Shown here in pieces: positions 19,897 to 28,801 of a stretch of DNA of 64,000 bases (within the stretch, counting starts at the first letter, position 1; each line of letters begins with the position of its first letter). The position numbers and the translations under genes are program-made. Source of the stretch: an uncultured Acidimicrobiaceae bacterium (GTDB lineage Bacteria > Actinomycetota > Acidimicrobiia > Acidimicrobiales > Bog-793); NCBI GenBank assembly GCA_963785415.1, contig CAWAVB010000001.1:1443922-1507921 (forward strand), given 5' to 3'. Below the pieces are notes generated by a model. The model made no database searches, was not told the DNA's origin, and saw only the letters and a program-made list of their open reading frames with translations.

Positions 19897-20808
19897 TCAG
19901 GCGCGACTTGAGGGTTCCCCGATCATCAACCGGTAGATGCGCTCGAGGTCCTCGATCGTCGCGAACTCGACGGTCACCCGACCCCGGCTCGTCCGCATCT
20001 CGACCCGCACCCGCGTGTTCAGGTAGGCCGCGAGCAGCTCCTCGAGCTCGAGCACGCCGGGCGGGCGCAGCCCCGGCGCCTTCGGTCTCCCACCCGCCGG
20101 GCGGACCGGGCCAGGTGCCCCCGGGGCTTCCGGGGCGGGCGCCTCAGAAGCCTCGTGGATGAGCTCCTCGAGCATGCGCACCGACAGCCCGTCGGCGGCG
20201 GTGCGCGCCGCCAGCGATTCCTGCAACCCGCGATCGGGCGTCATCAGCAGCGCCCGGGCGTGACCCGCCGAGATCTGGCCGTCACGAACGAGCCGCTGCA
20301 CCGCCGGTGGCAACTGGAACAGGCGAAGCGCGTTCGAGACGGCGGCCCGGCTCTTGCCGACCCGGTGGGCGACGGTGTCGTGGGTGAGGTGGAAGTCCTC
20401 GATGAGCTGCTGATAGGCGGCGGCCTCGTCGAGCGGGTTGAGGTCCTCCCGGTGGAGGTTCTCGACGAGGGCCTCCTCGAGGCTCGCCGCGTCGTCGGCG
20501 ACCTGGACGAGCGCCGGAATCGAGAGCAGCCCGGCGCGCCGGGCAGCCCGGCACCGCCGTTCGCCGGCGATCAGCTCGTACTCGCCCTCGCCGACGTCGC
20601 GCACGAGGACGGGCTGGAGAATGCCGACCGCCCGGATCGAGTCGACCAGCGAAGCGAGCGCCTCCTCGTCGAAGTGCGTCCGGGGCTGGTGGGGGTTCGG
20701 CCGGATCCGGGCGAGCGCGATGTCCCGGAGCCCCGATCCCGCGGCGTTTGTCGGCTCGGACGGGATGAGCGCCCCGAGCCCCCTGCCGAGCCCGCTACGC
20801 CGGGCCAC
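19897..20808 (-). CDS. parB: chromosome partitioning protein ParB
   Basis: GLGRGLGALIP box, the IRPNPHQPR ParB box, and HTH SHARALL. Confidence 0.9.
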   Translation of the reverse strand: MARRSGLGRGLGALIPSEPTNAAGSGLRDIALARIRPNPHQPRTHFDEEALASLVDSIRAVGILQPVLVRDVGEGEYELIAGERRCRAARRAGLLSIPALVQVADDAASLEEALVENLHREDLNPLDEAAAYQQLIEDFHLTHDTVAHRVGKSRAAVSNALRLFQLPPAVQRLVRDGQISAGHARALLMTPDRGLQESLAARTAADGLSVRMLEELIHEASEAPAPEAPGAPGPVRPAGGRPKAPGLRPPGVLELEELLAAYLNTRVRVEMRTSRGRVTVEFATIEDLERIYRLMIGEPSSRA

Positions 20809-21652
20809 CGCTCAGCTCCTCTGCGAGTGCCCGGTAGGCCGTGGCCCCGGTCGAATGCGGGTCGTGCACGGTCACCGGCTCGCCGTACGACGGGGCCTCC
20901 GAGACCCGCACCGAACGCGGGATGACCGCCTTGCAAACCTTGTCGCCGAAGTGGCTCCGCACCTCGTTTGCCACCTGGTCGGCGAGCTTCGTGCGACCGT
21001 CATACATCGTGAGCACGATCGTCGACAGTTCGAGACCCGGGTTGAGGTTGGCCCGGACGAGATCGACGCTGTGGATCAGCTGCCCGAGGCCCTCGAGCGC
21101 GTAGTACTCGCACTGGATGGGCACGAGGACCTCGGACGCCGCAGCAAGACCGTTCACGGTGAGCAGCCCGAGCGAGGGCGGGCAGTCGATGAAGATGAAA
21201 TTGAAGTCACCAACCACCGCGTTGACCGCCCGGCGGAGCCGGAGCTCCCGGCTCATCGCCGCGACGAGCTCGATCTCGGCGCCGGCGAGGTCGATCGTCG
21301 CCGGGACAATGAAAAGGTTCTTCAGGTTCGTGGGCTCGATGCAGTCCTCCATCGGGAAGTCATGGAGGAGGACGTCGTAGATCGAGTTGTCGAAGTTCCG
21401 GGCTTCGATGCCGAGTCCCGTCGTCGCGTTCCCCTGGGGGTCGAGGTCGACGATGAGGACGCGCCAGCCGAGATCCGCCAGCGCGGCACCGAGGTTCACG
21501 GTCGTCGTCGTCTTGCCGACGCCACCTTTCTGGTTCGCGACCGCGAACAGACGCGAAACGTTGCGGTGTCCGCGTGCGGAGCTGGTCACGGGCCTGGTCG
21601 CCGGTCTCTGTGCGTTTGCGATGCCGAGCTCCTTCCGTCTCCGGCCGGCCAT
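20795..21652 (-). CDS. parA: chromosome partitioning ATPase ParA (Soj)
   Basis: Deviant Walker A VANQKGGVGKTTTTVNLG. The ORF is open up to 21976; candidate starts are 21652 or 21784, and the N-terminal extent is uncertain. Confidence 0.85.
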   Translation of the reverse strand: MAGRRRKELGIANAQRPATRPVTSSARGHRNVSRLFAVANQKGGVGKTTTTVNLGAALADLGWRVLIVDLDPQGNATTGLGIEARNFDNSIYDVLLHDFPMEDCIEPTNLKNLFIVPATIDLAGAEIELVAAMSRELRLRRAVNAVVGDFNFIFIDCPPSLGLLTVNGLAAASEVLVPIQCEYYALEGLGQLIHSVDLVRANLNPGLELSTIVLTMYDGRTKLADQVANEVRSHFGDKVCKAVIPRSVRVSEAPSYGEPVTVHDPHSTGATAYRALAEELSGGPA

Positions 21653-21827
21653 CGTGCCGATCCGGAGTTCGAACCTTGGCGCGCTCGCCGATCTTCGCCG
21701 CCGACAGGCCCGGACCCGCCGTCGGACGCGCCGATCGGCGCCGCCCGGCTTCGGATGCGGACCCCTATCCTCCACGTCCGTCATCGACAGGTCAAGGGTC
21801 GGGTCCGGTGAACCCGAGTTTTCCCCG

Positions 21828-22208
21828 ATGGAGACGTTCCACGGGAAACAAGTTCCGCTGTGGTACATTCCTCCCGTGGCTTCCGATGCGGAATGGGCGT
21901 GGGCTGCCGGAATTTTCGAGATGGCCGGCGCCGTCGTCACGATCAACAGCGGCCGTGACCTGCGACTCGCCCTCAACCTGACCGACGAGGACGTCGTTCG
22001 CCGCTACGCCGAGATCGTCGAATCCCGGGTCCTCGGGCCCTACCACGCACGGCCCGATGGTGCCCTCCGCCTCCCGACGTTCCGGTGCAACCTGAACTGC
22101 CGCTTCGCGATCGCGGCGCTCGCCAGGATGTGGCCCTGGCTCGGCAGCCGCCGCCGGGATCGCTGCCGCGAACTCGGTTTCGAACCGCCCCGTCGAATCG
22201 CGCTCTGA
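21828..22208 (+). CDS. hypothetical protein with a degenerate LAGLIDADG-like motif
   Basis: 126 aa from the ATG at 21828. WAWAAGIFEMAGAVVTINSGRDLRLALNL aligns to the LAGLIDADG helix plus beta-strand pattern, but with Ala at the second acidic position. GC-rich third codon positions are consistent with coding. It lies opposite to the flanking parA and rsmG genes. Confidence 0.35.
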   Translation: METFHGKQVPLWYIPPVASDAEWAWAAGIFEMAGAVVTINSGRDLRLALNLTDEDVVRRYAEIVESRVLGPYHARPDGALRLPTFRCNLNCRFAIAALARMWPWLGSRRRDRCRELGFEPPRRIAL

Positions 22209-22278
22209 CTTCTCGGGCAGTGACACGCCGACGCATTCCTCGCGTCCCGTCGTCGCCCCGGACGGGAGACCCCACCTC

Positions 22279-22914
22279 CTAGAAAAGCGGCCGGTGTTCG
22301 GGGACCCCGACGCGCCGCGGGAACTGTTCCGGACAGGGCGCGATGCTCCTCACCACCACGAACGATCGCGGCGACACGACCACGTCGACGAGCTCTAGCC
22401 CCAGCTCACCGAGCGGAGCCGCCGGCCACCGCTCCCGGGCCCCTCCGGGCGGGCCCGAGGCAACCAGAATTCCCCCCGGCGCGAGAAAGCCCGCTCCACA
22501 TTCGGCCGTCGCGGCCGGTGGCCCGAAACTCCGGGCAACGACCGCTGGGAATCCCCGCCGGAGATCGGTGCGGTGGGCCGCGGTCTCGGCCCGCTCGGCG
22601 ACAATCGCGACCCGATGGGCCCAGCCGAGCTCGTCGACCACCGTCTCGAGGAACCTCGCGCGTGCGATCCGCCCATCGAGCAGGACAACCCGGGTTTCCG
22701 GCAGCCGCGCCGCGAGAACAAGGCCGGGCAGTCCGCCCCCGCTCCCGAGATCGAGGATTGCGGCCGCGCCGGCGAGATCGGGCCAGGCCACCAGAAAACC
22801 GAGCGCGTGCCCGACGTGGTCGGCGAGCGGGGCCGGGCCGATCGCCCCACGCCCCTGCGCCGCGGCGAGCACCGCGAGCAGTTCAGCGTCGGGCGACCAC
22901 GCCGACCCATCCAT
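22279..22914 (-). CDS. rsmG: 16S rRNA (guanine527-N7)-methyltransferase
   Basis: ILDLGSGGGLPGLVLA SAM motif at the conserved gid position. The track ORF opens at 23079, but the ATG at 22914 avoids overlap with jag. Confidence 0.85.
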   Translation of the reverse strand: MDGSAWSPDAELLAVLAAAQGRGAIGPAPLADHVGHALGFLVAWPDLAGAAAILDLGSGGGLPGLVLAARLPETRVVLLDGRIARARFLETVVDELGWAHRVAIVAERAETAAHRTDLRRGFPAVVARSFGPPAATAECGAGFLAPGGILVASGPPGGARERWPAAPLGELGLELVDVVVSPRSFVVVRSIAPCPEQFPRRVGVPEHRPLF

Positions 22915-22978
22915 CGCGCCCGTCACCTCGGTTCCTGCGTCCTCGGCCGCGCCGGTCGCGCGTCCTTTTTCGGCGTGG

Positions 22979-23968
22979 TCAGTCTTCGTCCGGTGCGGTC
23001 TCCGGGGCCGTCGTCGCGGCGGGTCGGATGACGACGTAGCGCTTCGGCTCGACACCTTCCGAACCTGTCTCAAGTCCATCGATCGAGGCCACGGTGTCGT
23101 GCACGATCTTCCGGTCGGCGGCGGACATCGGCTCCAGCGCCTCGGCGACCCCCGTGTCGAGCACCTCGTCCGCGCGCCGCCGCGTGAAGGCCTCCAGCGC
23201 CACGGCGCGTCGGGCTCGGAACCCGGCGACGTCCACGACGACGCGCAACGCCCGCTCGTCGCCGCGCCGCTGCACGACCGTGCGGGCGAGCTCCTGCAGG
23301 GCGTCGAGGGTCGACCCGTGCGGGCCGATCAGCAACCCCAGGTCCTCACCGATCACGTCGACGTAGAGGCGGTCATCCTTGACGCGCGTCGTTGTCGTCG
23401 CGTCGTAGCCGAAACGTTCGACCACTCCGCGCACGAACGCTCCAACCAGGTCGACCTGCTCTTCGACGGTCATCGCTTCCTCCTCAGCCACACCTTCCGG
23501 CCGTGCGGCCGATCCGCTCCGCCCGTTCCCTCGACCACGTCCGCCGCGCCGGCGGCGCGGCCGCTTCGCCCCGGTCTGGTTCGCGGTCCGCTCCGCCGGG
23601 TCGGGCTGTTCGCGTCGCGCGTTCGCCACGGGCGGACTGCCCGGAGACTTCGCCCTGCCGGAGCGATCACCACCGGCAGCCTTGGGGGCACGTGAACCGC
23701 CACGGCGGGGCTCCCGTCCTGCCCGCTCCGCTCCCGGGCGGCCACCCCGTGACGAACGCGAGCGGTCCCGCTGGGAGCGCTTCGGGCGCGGGCTCGACGG
23801 ACGAACCCGGGCGCGGATGCGCGCCTCGCTCCGCCCGAGACCGAACAATCCCGATTTCGGCTCGGCGACAATGACGACCTCGGCGTCGTCCTCGTCTACC
23901 CCGAGCTCGTCGAGCGCGGCGTCGACCGCCTCCGCCACGCTCCTCCCGGTCGTCTCGATCCATTCCAT
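22979..23968 (-). CDS. jag: Jag/KhpB-type RNA-binding protein (Jag_N, KH and R3H domains) with a long Arg/Gly/Pro-rich linker
   Basis: Jag_N MEWIETTGRSVAEAVDAALDELGV; KH/R3H C-terminus IGPHGSTLDALQEL...MSAADRKIVHDTV. It lies downstream of yidC. Confidence 0.8.
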   Translation of the reverse strand: MEWIETTGRSVAEAVDAALDELGVDEDDAEVVIVAEPKSGLFGLGRSEARIRARVRPSSPRPKRSQRDRSRSSRGGRPGAERAGREPRRGGSRAPKAAGGDRSGRAKSPGSPPVANARREQPDPAERTANQTGAKRPRRRRGGRGRGNGRSGSAARPEGVAEEEAMTVEEQVDLVGAFVRGVVERFGYDATTTTRVKDDRLYVDVIGEDLGLLIGPHGSTLDALQELARTVVQRRGDERALRVVVDVAGFRARRAVALEAFTRRRADEVLDTGVAEALEPMSAADRKIVHDTVASIDGLETGSEGVEPKRYVVIRPAATTAPETAPDED

Positions 23969-23971
23969 CGC

Positions 23972-25132
23972 CTAGCGCGGCTTCCGCGGCCGCTTGTTGC
24001 GCGACCGTGTCTGGGGACGGCGGGGGGACCCACCCGGGCCGCGTCCGCCGGTGGGTACCGTTCGCGGCGTGCTGCCCGCCGGTCGCGGCGCGGGCGGTGC
24101 CGCCGGGCCGTCGGAACCCTGCGCCGCTGGCCTCGGCGCCTTCGCGGTCTCCCCGCCCGTCGGCAGTGCCGCCGGAGGGGTGATCAATCGCTCGAAGAAC
24201 CCCCTCGGCCGCTCCCGGCCCTGGGTTGCAACGACGGTCGGCGCGGCTTTCGCGCGGGCGTTCAGCTGAGACAACGATTCGCGGATGTGCGGGTCCCGCC
24301 GGTACATGTACTCCTGCTGTCCGATGCGGAACAGGCTCGACACGATGAAGTAGACGTTCACGCCGGCGGGGATGGCGATGTAGATCACGGCGAAGATGAT
24401 CGGCATGATCTTCTGCATCTGCTGCATCTGCGGGTTGGCGGCCGCGGCCGCGGCGTTCCTCCCGCTGATCTGCTTGATCTGGATGTACTGCAGGGCGATC
24501 GCGAGGAGGATCAGCAGAATGAGCGGTGCCTTCTCGGCCCAGGTGAGCCCGGCCGAGCGGACGGAGTCGGCCATGTTGATCCCAAAGGCCATGAGCTTTC
24601 CGTTGGCGTGGATCACCGCGTGGTACAGGCTGGAGTTGTGGCTGATGTAGAGGGGCTGCACACAGGACTTCCCGTCAACCGGGTGCTTGCACCAGCGCTT
24701 GGCCGCCGCAACCGTCGAGAAGCCCTTCAGGTGGATGAGGCCGCGGATCGTCCCGTAGAGGATCCAGAAGATCGGGAGCTGCAGCAGCATCGGGAGGCAG
24801 CCCCCGGTCGGGCTGACATTGTTCTCCCGGTAGAGCGCCATCATCTCTTCGTTGAGCCTCTGGCGAGCCTGCTGGCGCTCCGCGACCGGAGTTCCTGGCG
24901 GCATCTTGTAGCGAGTTTGAATCTTCTTCAATTCAGGTGCAAGAAGTTGCATCTTCATCATCGACCGCGTCGACCGTCTGGTGATCGGGAAGACGACGAT
25001 CATGACGACGAGCGTCAAAAGCGCGATGGCGATCGCGTAGTTGGGGATGAGGCTATAGAACCGCTCGATCAACCAGGCAAAGAGGATGAAGAACGGATGG
25101 GCGATCTCTCCGATGGACGAGGCGAGGACCAC
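23972..25132 (-). CDS. yidC: membrane protein insertase YidC
   Basis: The 60-kDa-IMP core motifs MKMQLLAPELKKIQTRYK and GGCLPMLLQLPIFWILY. Confidence 0.9.
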   Translation of the reverse strand: MVLASSIGEIAHPFFILFAWLIERFYSLIPNYAIAIALLTLVVMIVVFPITRRSTRSMMKMQLLAPELKKIQTRYKMPPGTPVAERQQARQRLNEEMMALYRENNVSPTGGCLPMLLQLPIFWILYGTIRGLIHLKGFSTVAAAKRWCKHPVDGKSCVQPLYISHNSSLYHAVIHANGKLMAFGINMADSVRSAGLTWAEKAPLILLILLAIALQYIQIKQISGRNAAAAAANPQMQQMQKIMPIIFAVIYIAIPAGVNVYFIVSSLFRIGQQEYMYRRDPHIRESLSQLNARAKAAPTVVATQGRERPRGFFERLITPPAALPTGGETAKAPRPAAQGSDGPAAPPAPRPAGSTPRTVPTGGRGPGGSPRRPQTRSRNKRPRKPR

Positions 25133-25141
25133 GGCGCGCTC

Positions 25142-25372
25142 CTAGCCCGGGACGGGGTCGAAGCCCCGGCCGCCGGCGGGGTGGCAGCGCGCGATCCGTC
25201 GCGCCGCGAGCCAGCCGCCACGGAGGCAACCGTGCGCCGTGATCGCCTCGATGGCGTATGCCGAGCACGAGGGCACGAACCGGCAGGGTGAGGGGCGGTT
25301 GAACCGCGCCGCCTGGTAGAGGCGGATCGGGGCGATCATCGCGGCGCGCGAGATGCTCCTCGCCCGTCTCAC
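25142..25372 (-). CDS. yidD: membrane protein insertion efficiency factor YidD
   Basis: IRLYQ...[19 protein letters not shown]...G..LA.RRI.RCHP. The GTG at 25372 overlaps the rnpA stop as GTGA. Confidence 0.8.
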   Translation of the reverse strand: MRRARSISRAAMIAPIRLYQAARFNRPSPCRFVPSCSAYAIEAITAHGCLRGGWLAARRIARCHPAGGRGFDPVPG

Positions 25373-25713
25373 CGGGGACCTCCGCTCGCCCGCCGCATCG
25401 TCTCGCTCACTCGTTCTCTCAGTTCGTCGAAGGGAATCTCGACAACCCCACGGCCGAGACCGACCAGGTACGTCCCGAAGGCGAGGCCCGGCGAGACCTC
25501 GGCCGCGATCACACGCAATCGACGACGCCAACGGTTGCGAACGACGGCTCCACCAACGTGCCGGCCGATCGCGTACGCGACAAGCACCTCGTTGCGATCA
25601 GCCTCCGGCGGGAGGAAGTGTACCGTCACCGGGCCACTGTGAGATTGCCGGTGACTGGCGGCGAGCGCGGCGAACGTCTTGCGACCGTGCACCCGCCCCG
25701 GGCGCGCGGTCAA
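25369..25713 (-). CDS. rnpA: ribonuclease P protein component
   Basis: A basic protein with the [11 protein letters not shown] motif, immediately downstream of rpmH. The TTG at 25713 overlaps the rpmH stop as TTGA; an alternative GTG lies at 25692. Confidence 0.75.
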   Translation of the reverse strand: MTARPGRVHGRKTFAALAASHRQSHSGPVTVHFLPPEADRNEVLVAYAIGRHVGGAVVRNRWRRRLRVIAAEVSPGLAFGTYLVGLGRGVVEIPFDELRERVSETMRRASGGPR

Positions 25714-25844
25714 GCGGACAGACGCACCCGCCCGCGACGGCGACGGGCCTTCAGCACCGCGCGGCCGGCGCGTGTCGACATGCGATGGCGGAAGCCGTGA
25801 CGCTTGGCTCTTTTGGCTCTGTTGGGCTGAAACGTCCGCTTCAT
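25710..25844 (-). CDS. rpmH: 50S ribosomal protein L34
   Basis: Hand translation gives [44 protein letters not shown] (44 aa). It is too short for the ORF track. Confidence 0.9.
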   Translation of the reverse strand: MKRTFQPNRAKRAKRHGFRHRMSTRAGRAVLKARRRRGRVRLSA

Positions 25845-25984
25845 CGATCCCCTTAATAGGACCGCATATGCTAGCGCGCTTCCCACGTCTCATTCGCGTG
25901 AAGATCGCTTCTGGCCTGGAGCGATCCCGTGGGTCGCGCTATACGATGCTCGGCGAGGGGCCCAGGTGTCGCCCGTCTGTTGCG

Positions 25985-26016
25985 TAATCCACAGATGTGG
26001 ACCCTCCTGTGGAGAA
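25985..26016. promoter_or_regulatory. cluster of three DnaA-box-like 9-mers upstream of dnaA
   Basis: TAATCCACA (25985-25993); TGTGGACCC (25997-26005, reverse complement GGGTCCACA); TGTGGAGAA (26008-26016, reverse complement TTCTCCACA). Compare the TTATCCACA and TTGTCCACA consensus boxes. Confidence 0.5.
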
Positions 26017-26040
26017 CTTGCTGGAGGAAGGCGCACGACG

Positions 26041-27432
26041 TTGCTCGACGCACGGGAACTGTGGGACGGCTGTTCCGTTGCCATCCAGTCCCAGGTCTCC
26101 GATGCCGTCTGGCGGACATGGTTTGCCGGGGTCCACCCGGTCGGGCTCGTCAACGGCACTTTCGTGCTCAGCGTCCCAAACGCTCTCGTACGCGAGCGCC
26201 TGGAGACCCGGTTCGCCGGCGTCGTGCGCGCTGCCGTTATCGACCTGAGCGGTTCGGAGTTCCCGATCCGCTTCGACGTCGCCCCCGACTCCGCTTCCGC
26301 CCCGTTCGAGCCGGGCGTCACCGAGGTCGTCACCGACCAGGCGGTTGCCTCCAACGGCGCCGTCACCCTCGTAGAGGAACCTCTCCCGGCGGGACCCAAC
26401 CGGACAGGGCGTTACACGTTCGAGGGCTTCGTCATTGGGCCGTCGAACCGTTTCGCTCACGCCGCGGCCCTCTCCGTCGCCGAATCCCCGGGGAGTGCCT
26501 ACAACCCGCTTTTCATCATCGGCGGGGCCGGGTTGGGAAAGACGCACCTGCTTCAGGCGATCCGGAACTACGTGACGGAGAACTTCCCCCGCTACGAGGT
26601 GCGCTACGTACCGACCGAGACGCTCCTCAACGAGTTCATCGAGTCGCTCCGGGCTGTCGCGATGCCGGCCTTCAAGCGCCGTTACCGCGAGTGCGACGTG
26701 CTCCTCGTCGACGATATCCAGGCGATCGAGGGCAAAGAGCAGCTCCAGGAGGAGTTCTTCCACACCTTCAACGCGCTCCATGACGCCGGCAAGCAGCTCG
26801 TCCTTACGTCGGATCGCGCGCCGGGGTCGATCAAGACGCTCGAGAGCCGCTTGCGGAGCCGGTTCATGTCCGGGCTCATCACGGAGATCAACCCGCCCGA
26901 GCTCGAGACCCGCATCGCCATCCTGCGTACGAAGGCGCACCACGAGAATCTCGTTGTCGACGACGACGTGCTCGAATTTCTCGCCAGCATCGTCACGGAC
27001 AACATCCGGGAACTCGAGGGCGCGCTCATCCGCGTGACCGCCTACGCCAGTCTCACCCGGGAACGTCTCACCCGGGACACCGCGGAGCTTGTCCTCGCCG
27101 ACCTCGTCGCTGACCACCAACCCCGGCGTATCACTGGACAGCAGATCCTCGAGGCAACCGCGGACCACTTCGGTTTCACGATCGAGGAGCTCTGCAGCGC
27201 AAGCAGGCGGCGGCCGCTTGTCATCGCCCGCCAGATCGGGATGTATCTCTTCCGGACGCTCACCGACTTCTCCTACCCGGCGATCGCCCGAGAGTTCGGA
27301 GGTCGCGATCACACAACCGTCATCCATGCCTACGACAAGATTTCCGGATTGATGAAAGAACGTCGCCAGATCTACGAACAGGTCACCGAACTCACCGTTC
27401 GGATTCGAAATGGACGCGGACCCGGTGGCTGA
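26041..27432 (+). CDS. dnaA: chromosomal replication initiator protein DnaA
   Basis: Walker A GGAGLGKTHLLQAI, and a domain IV HTH with DHTTVIHAYDKI. The TTG at 26041 is preceded by GGAGGAAGG and gives (M)LDARELWDG. The track ORF opens at the GTG at 25966. Confidence 0.92.
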   Translation: MLDARELWDGCSVAIQSQVSDAVWRTWFAGVHPVGLVNGTFVLSVPNALVRERLETRFAGVVRAAVIDLSGSEFPIRFDVAPDSASAPFEPGVTEVVTDQAVASNGAVTLVEEPLPAGPNRTGRYTFEGFVIGPSNRFAHAAALSVAESPGSAYNPLFIIGGAGLGKTHLLQAIRNYVTENFPRYEVRYVPTETLLNEFIESLRAVAMPAFKRRYRECDVLLVDDIQAIEGKEQLQEEFFHTFNALHDAGKQLVLTSDRAPGSIKTLESRLRSRFMSGLITEINPPELETRIAILRTKAHHENLVVDDDVLEFLASIVTDNIRELEGALIRVTAYASLTRERLTRDTAELVLADLVADHQPRRITGQQILEATADHFGFTIEELCSASRRRPLVIARQIGMYLFRTLTDFSYPAIAREFGGRDHTTVIHAYDKISGLMKERRQIYEQVTELTVRIRNGRGPGG

Positions 27433-27673
27433 GACCAACCTGTGCACCACGCGCCTTCGTTCTTGGGGACGAACGCTCCGTTCCTGTGGACTGCTCCGCT
27501 CCTCTCCACAACCCCAGCATTGGTTCCGCCCTACATTGTGCGAACCGGTGGATCACCGAGGTGAAAGGATCTAGTCACCAACCTGGCGATTCGGGTCCTC
27601 ACCCACAATCCACAACCCCTACTACTACTGATCTTCTTTCTTTAAGAAAAACAAGGAAGGGAGCACACGGACG
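27433..27673. other. oriC candidate (dnaA-dnaN intergenic region: DnaA boxes plus an AT-rich unwinding element)
   Basis: Boxes: TGTGGACTG (27485-27493), CTCTCCACA (27502-27510), GGTGGATCA (27547-27555), CAATCCACA (27606-27614). The AT-rich tract ACTACTACTGATCTTCTTTCTTTAAGAAAAACAAGG (27621-27656) is the most AT-rich stretch of the core region. Confidence 0.6.
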
Positions 27674-28801
27674 GTGAAATTTCGCACCGAACGGGACAAC
27701 CTCCTGGATGCTCTTGTGATCGCGGGCCGGGCGAGTGCCGCCCGGATGGGAATGGGTGTTGGGACCCAGAGTGTGCGCTTGGCTGTCCACGGCGACGAGT
27801 TCGAGGTGACGGGTTCGGATCCCGATCTCGTGATCGAGGTCGCGCAAAACGTGAGCGGGGAACAGGACGGGTCGGCGTTGGTGCCGTCACGGCTCGTGAC
27901 GGACATCATTCGTGCTTTTGACGCGGGCACGGTGACGCTCGATGGCAATGAGCAGGAAGTTCGGATCACGTCGGGCCGGGCTGAGTTTGTGGTCCGCGTG
28001 GTAACCGGTGCGGAGATCACACGTCTTGCGCCCGTAGAGTCGAAAGGGATCACACTGCCGGCGGTTCCTTTCGGGGAAGGGTTGCGCCAAGTCGTTCCCG
28101 CGGCTCTCAGCGACGACAGTCGCGCACCCCAACTCACTGGCGTACTAATGGTCGCGGTGGACAACGGCCTACGTCTCGTTGCTACGGATTCCTACCGACT
28201 CGCTTTCCGGGACCTTCAAGGGATAAGCGCCCTCGATCCCGGTTCTGAAGTGCTCGTACCTGCGCGCGCACTTACCGAGATTCAGCGATTGATCGGTGGT
28301 GAGAACGAACACGAGCGTGATGAGACACTGATCTTTCACCACACCGATCTTGATGCGGTGTTCGAGGTCCACGGCACGCGGCTCACCACGCGGCTCTTGA
28401 AAGGTCCGTTCCCGGATTATCAACGATTGTTACCCCCGTCCTACCCGAACACGTTCCGCGTTGCGCGTGAGGAACTTGGCGCGGCGCTGCGTCGTGTCCG
28501 CCTCATGGTCCGGGACGCGAAGGACGTCGCGACCCCCGTCCGAATTGCGTTCGAGAACGACGGCGCGAACCTCACCGTGTTGACTGCCGAGAGCGGGCGC
28601 GCGGCTGAACGCGTCGACGGCCAGTTCACCGGGGAGGAACTCGTCGTCGCGTTCAACCCGAATTACCTGCTCGACGGGATCGAGGCGATACGTGCGGAGA
28701 CAGTCATCCTCGAGGTGATCGACTCCTCGAAGCCCGCGACGGTGCGTGGCGAGGGCGAGGACGACTATCGGTATCTGCTGATGCCGGTGCGCGTCCCCTG
28801 A
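27674..28801 (+). CDS. dnaN: DNA polymerase III beta sliding clamp
   Basis: (M)KFRTERDNLLDAL N-terminus, 375 aa, located after dnaA. Confidence 0.92.
   Translation: MKFRTERDNLLDALVIAGRASAARMGMGVGTQSVRLAVHGDEFEVTGSDPDLVIEVAQNVSGEQDGSALVPSRLVTDIIRAFDAGTVTLDGNEQEVRITSGRAEFVVRVVTGAEITRLAPVESKGITLPAVPFGEGLRQVVPAALSDDSRAPQLTGVLMVAVDNGLRLVATDSYRLAFRDLQGISALDPGSEVLVPARALTEIQRLIGGENEHERDETLIFHHTDLDAVFEVHGTRLTTRLLKGPFPDYQRLLPPSYPNTFRVAREELGAALRRVRLMVRDAKDVATPVRIAFENDGANLTVLTAESGRAAERVDGQFTGEELVVAFNPNYLLDGIEAIRAETVILEVIDSSKPATVRGEGEDDYRYLLMPVRVP

Noticed and set aside
20795-21976. Full 393-aa ParA ORF including a 100-aa N-terminal extension
   Set aside because: The extension (MRASRRSRPLLIV...) has no ParA similarity and would run across the putative promoter region. 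Internal starts at 21652 or 21784 give normal ParA lengths. The exact start remains unresolved.
25939-27450. 503-aa minus-strand ORF
   Set aside because: It is antisense to dnaA, which is unambiguous, and has no recognisable motifs.
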